Assembly: GCA_002269645.1 (NCBI GenBank)
Contig: NIVC01003617.1
Span: 1-64,000, forward strand
Length of the DNA stretch: 64,000 bases
Source: Macrostomum lignano
Taxonomy: Eukaryota
Direction: 5' to 3'
Part shown: positions 62,314 to 64,000 of the stretch, piece after piece
Position numbering within the stretch: position 1 is the first letter of the stretch
How the letters are laid out: every line of letters begins with the position of its first letter
Translations under genes and position numbers: made by a program
The notes under the pieces: model-generated
What the model was told of the DNA's origin: nothing
Database searches by the model: none
What the model saw: only the letters and a program-made list of their open reading frames with translations

Positions 62314-62560
62314 CCGCTAAGCGACCTCCGCTGTTTCCACGCGTCCTGGCCTCCTGTTCGGACAGCCGAAGCAGTGATTCCGCGCCGAACTCCGAGCCAA
62401 TGCGCCGAGTGTAGCGCCGGGCGGTCACCGAGGACAGCGTCGTGACGCTGTCGGATAGATGGCGCCGGCAGCCGCGTCCGGCTTGCTGCTGGCTCCTGTG
62501 GTGCAGCCGCAGTGACTCGCTGCGCCGGCTGGACAGAGGCGTGGACTGGCAGCTGCCCAT
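62314..62560 (-). CDS. PHACTR: PHACTR-like gene, probable first coding exon beginning MGSCQS (myristoylation/palmitoylation-type N-terminus)
   Basis: ATG at 62560; phase-1 donor g|gtgaag fits the acceptor at 60751; the join gives 376 aa. The donor is non-ideal and intermediate exons are not excluded. Confidence 0.6.
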
Positions 62561-63006
62561 CGCTGGACAGAACAAGTTGGTAGGAGAGAAAATCTCTGTG
62601 TCTGTTCTGTAATGTAAGTTCGCGACAAGTCAGAAGTCTCAATCATTTAAGCCCGTCGGTTCGTCCAGTTCCGCTCCGTTGCTCAGACAGAATGAACGGG
62701 AAGCAAAAACTCTTTGCGGTGTCAATTTTTTTGCTTCTGTTCGTGCGCCATGAATTGAATTCACTTGGCTTCGTTGGACCCTTCCTGCTGCTGTTCCTGT
62801 TAACTTATGACCTGAGCAACGCAGAGAGAAAATGTTTGAATAAACCAAAGGACACAATCGTGCAACATTCCTACACTAATTAAACAGGTAGGAATGTGTT
62901 TCTTAATTTATGCTCTGCTTATTACTTATAGTACCATATGCATGGCTTTAAGCAAGTGAGTGATTTTAATGTTTCTAAGTGTGTTTCACGCATTCACATG
63001 TAAACA

Positions 63007-63309
63007 GGGACTGTAGCCTAGTGGTTAGTGTCGGACACCGGACTAAAAGGTCGCGGATTGGATTCTGGATCCACTCGGAACAATTTGTGTCCTTAAGCAA
63101 GACACTTACCAGTAACTCTGCATTGCTTCAGTTCACCCAGCTGTAAAATGGGTGCCAGCATCAGCTGGGGTAATTAAGGCTGTGTGTGGCGACCCCCCGT
63201 CCTTGGATTGAACAGTCGTACGCCTCCTTCAGATGCGCCACGCAATAGCTGCGGCTGAGCTGTCGGTTGCACATCTGCCCATAGGCGCAGGTGCAATCAA
63301 TTATTATAA
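63007..63309 (+). mobile_element. tRNA-derived SINE
   Basis: A-box-like TAGCCTAGTGG and a degenerate B box, then GTGTCCTTAAGCAAGACACTT and CACCCAGCTGTAAAATGGGT blocks typical of conserved invertebrate SINE central domains; short AT-rich tail. Confidence 0.8.
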
Positions 63310-63942
63310 CTGTTATCATCATTCACGCATACATACAGAGAGCTATTGTGAAGATAGACAAAGAGCGCACGTATTATTGAGATACAATTTTATATCAAAA
63401 TTATTCCGGAAAACGTTGACACAAGAAACTATCTCTTTCCTGTGTGCAGTGTTCTTACTGTCTTTTTTGAATTTGAAATCGTTTTTTCCTTGCTTAAAAT
63501 CTGTAAACTAGTATCTAAACACGGAAAATCTAATGAGCCAGGGCCAGCAACGAGGCAGATCATCAGTAAAAAGTATAATACTGGGGTAGAGTTGCTCTCT
63601 TAGTAAATAGAATGACAAAGAGAACGACAATGCAAGCATTAGTTTTAATAGCCAACGCGTTTTGTCAAAGCTGTGGTCAGGATTCTTGAGGCTACGTACA
63701 TTCGTTTGCACAAGCCATCGTTGAATGTGCAGCTGGCTGGCATGGCAGGGGCATATTATATTCATTTTAAAAGTTCACAAATAGGTCTTATACTAGCAAT
63801 CTTCGCCCCCCGATGGGGGACATCTGGATAGAATCTCTGTTTTCTACAAGTAACAAAAAGACAGCCAAAAATCCTTCAAAAAGACAACAGACAAACTGCT
63901 CAAATGAAGCGCAGTGCAAAAAGAAATCATCCCAAGACTGCA

Positions 63943-64000
63943 AGCATCCCCCAGATAGCAAGCATCCCCTAGATAGCAAGCATCCCCCAGATAGCAAGCA
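63943..64000 (+). repeat. Start of an 18-bp tandem repeat (AGCATCCCCCAGATAGCA), running off the window end
   Basis: Three full copies plus a partial copy, read directly. Confidence 0.85.

Noticed and set aside
63007-63080. Functional tRNA gene
   Set aside because: The B box is degenerate, no clean cloverleaf is apparent, and it is followed by a SINE body rather than a T-run terminator.

Overview
Eukaryotic (animal) genomic DNA, not prokaryotic. The GC-rich spliced exons, AT-rich introns and dense tandem repeats suggest an invertebrate such as a Macrostomum-like flatworm (inference only). Layout: (1) 1-18947 is a 22-bp satellite array with a near-perfect core, divergent flanks and local higher-order repeats. 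(2) 21159-35426 is a 14.3-kb element bounded by 53-bp TIRs and a perfect 9-bp target-site duplication (Mutator/Foldback-like). It carries ~3.3-3.7-kb internal inverted arms built from minisatellites, and a 6.5-kb spacer of decayed TE fragments with no intact transposase. The arms show strongly biased C>T/G>A (often CpA/TpG>TpA) divergence reminiscent of RIP. (3) 37252-38735 is a 27/29-bp minisatellite. (4) The gene-containing half holds an intronless 833-aa orphan ORF (RVxF motif, C-terminal KKKCCC), a six-exon CBARP/BARP-like gene on the minus strand, and a three-exon PHACTR-like gene on the minus strand. It also contains a decayed mariner, a MITE, LINE remnants, a tRNA-derived SINE and further minisatellites. 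Exon models were built by hand from GT/AG sites and frame consistency; no searches were run.
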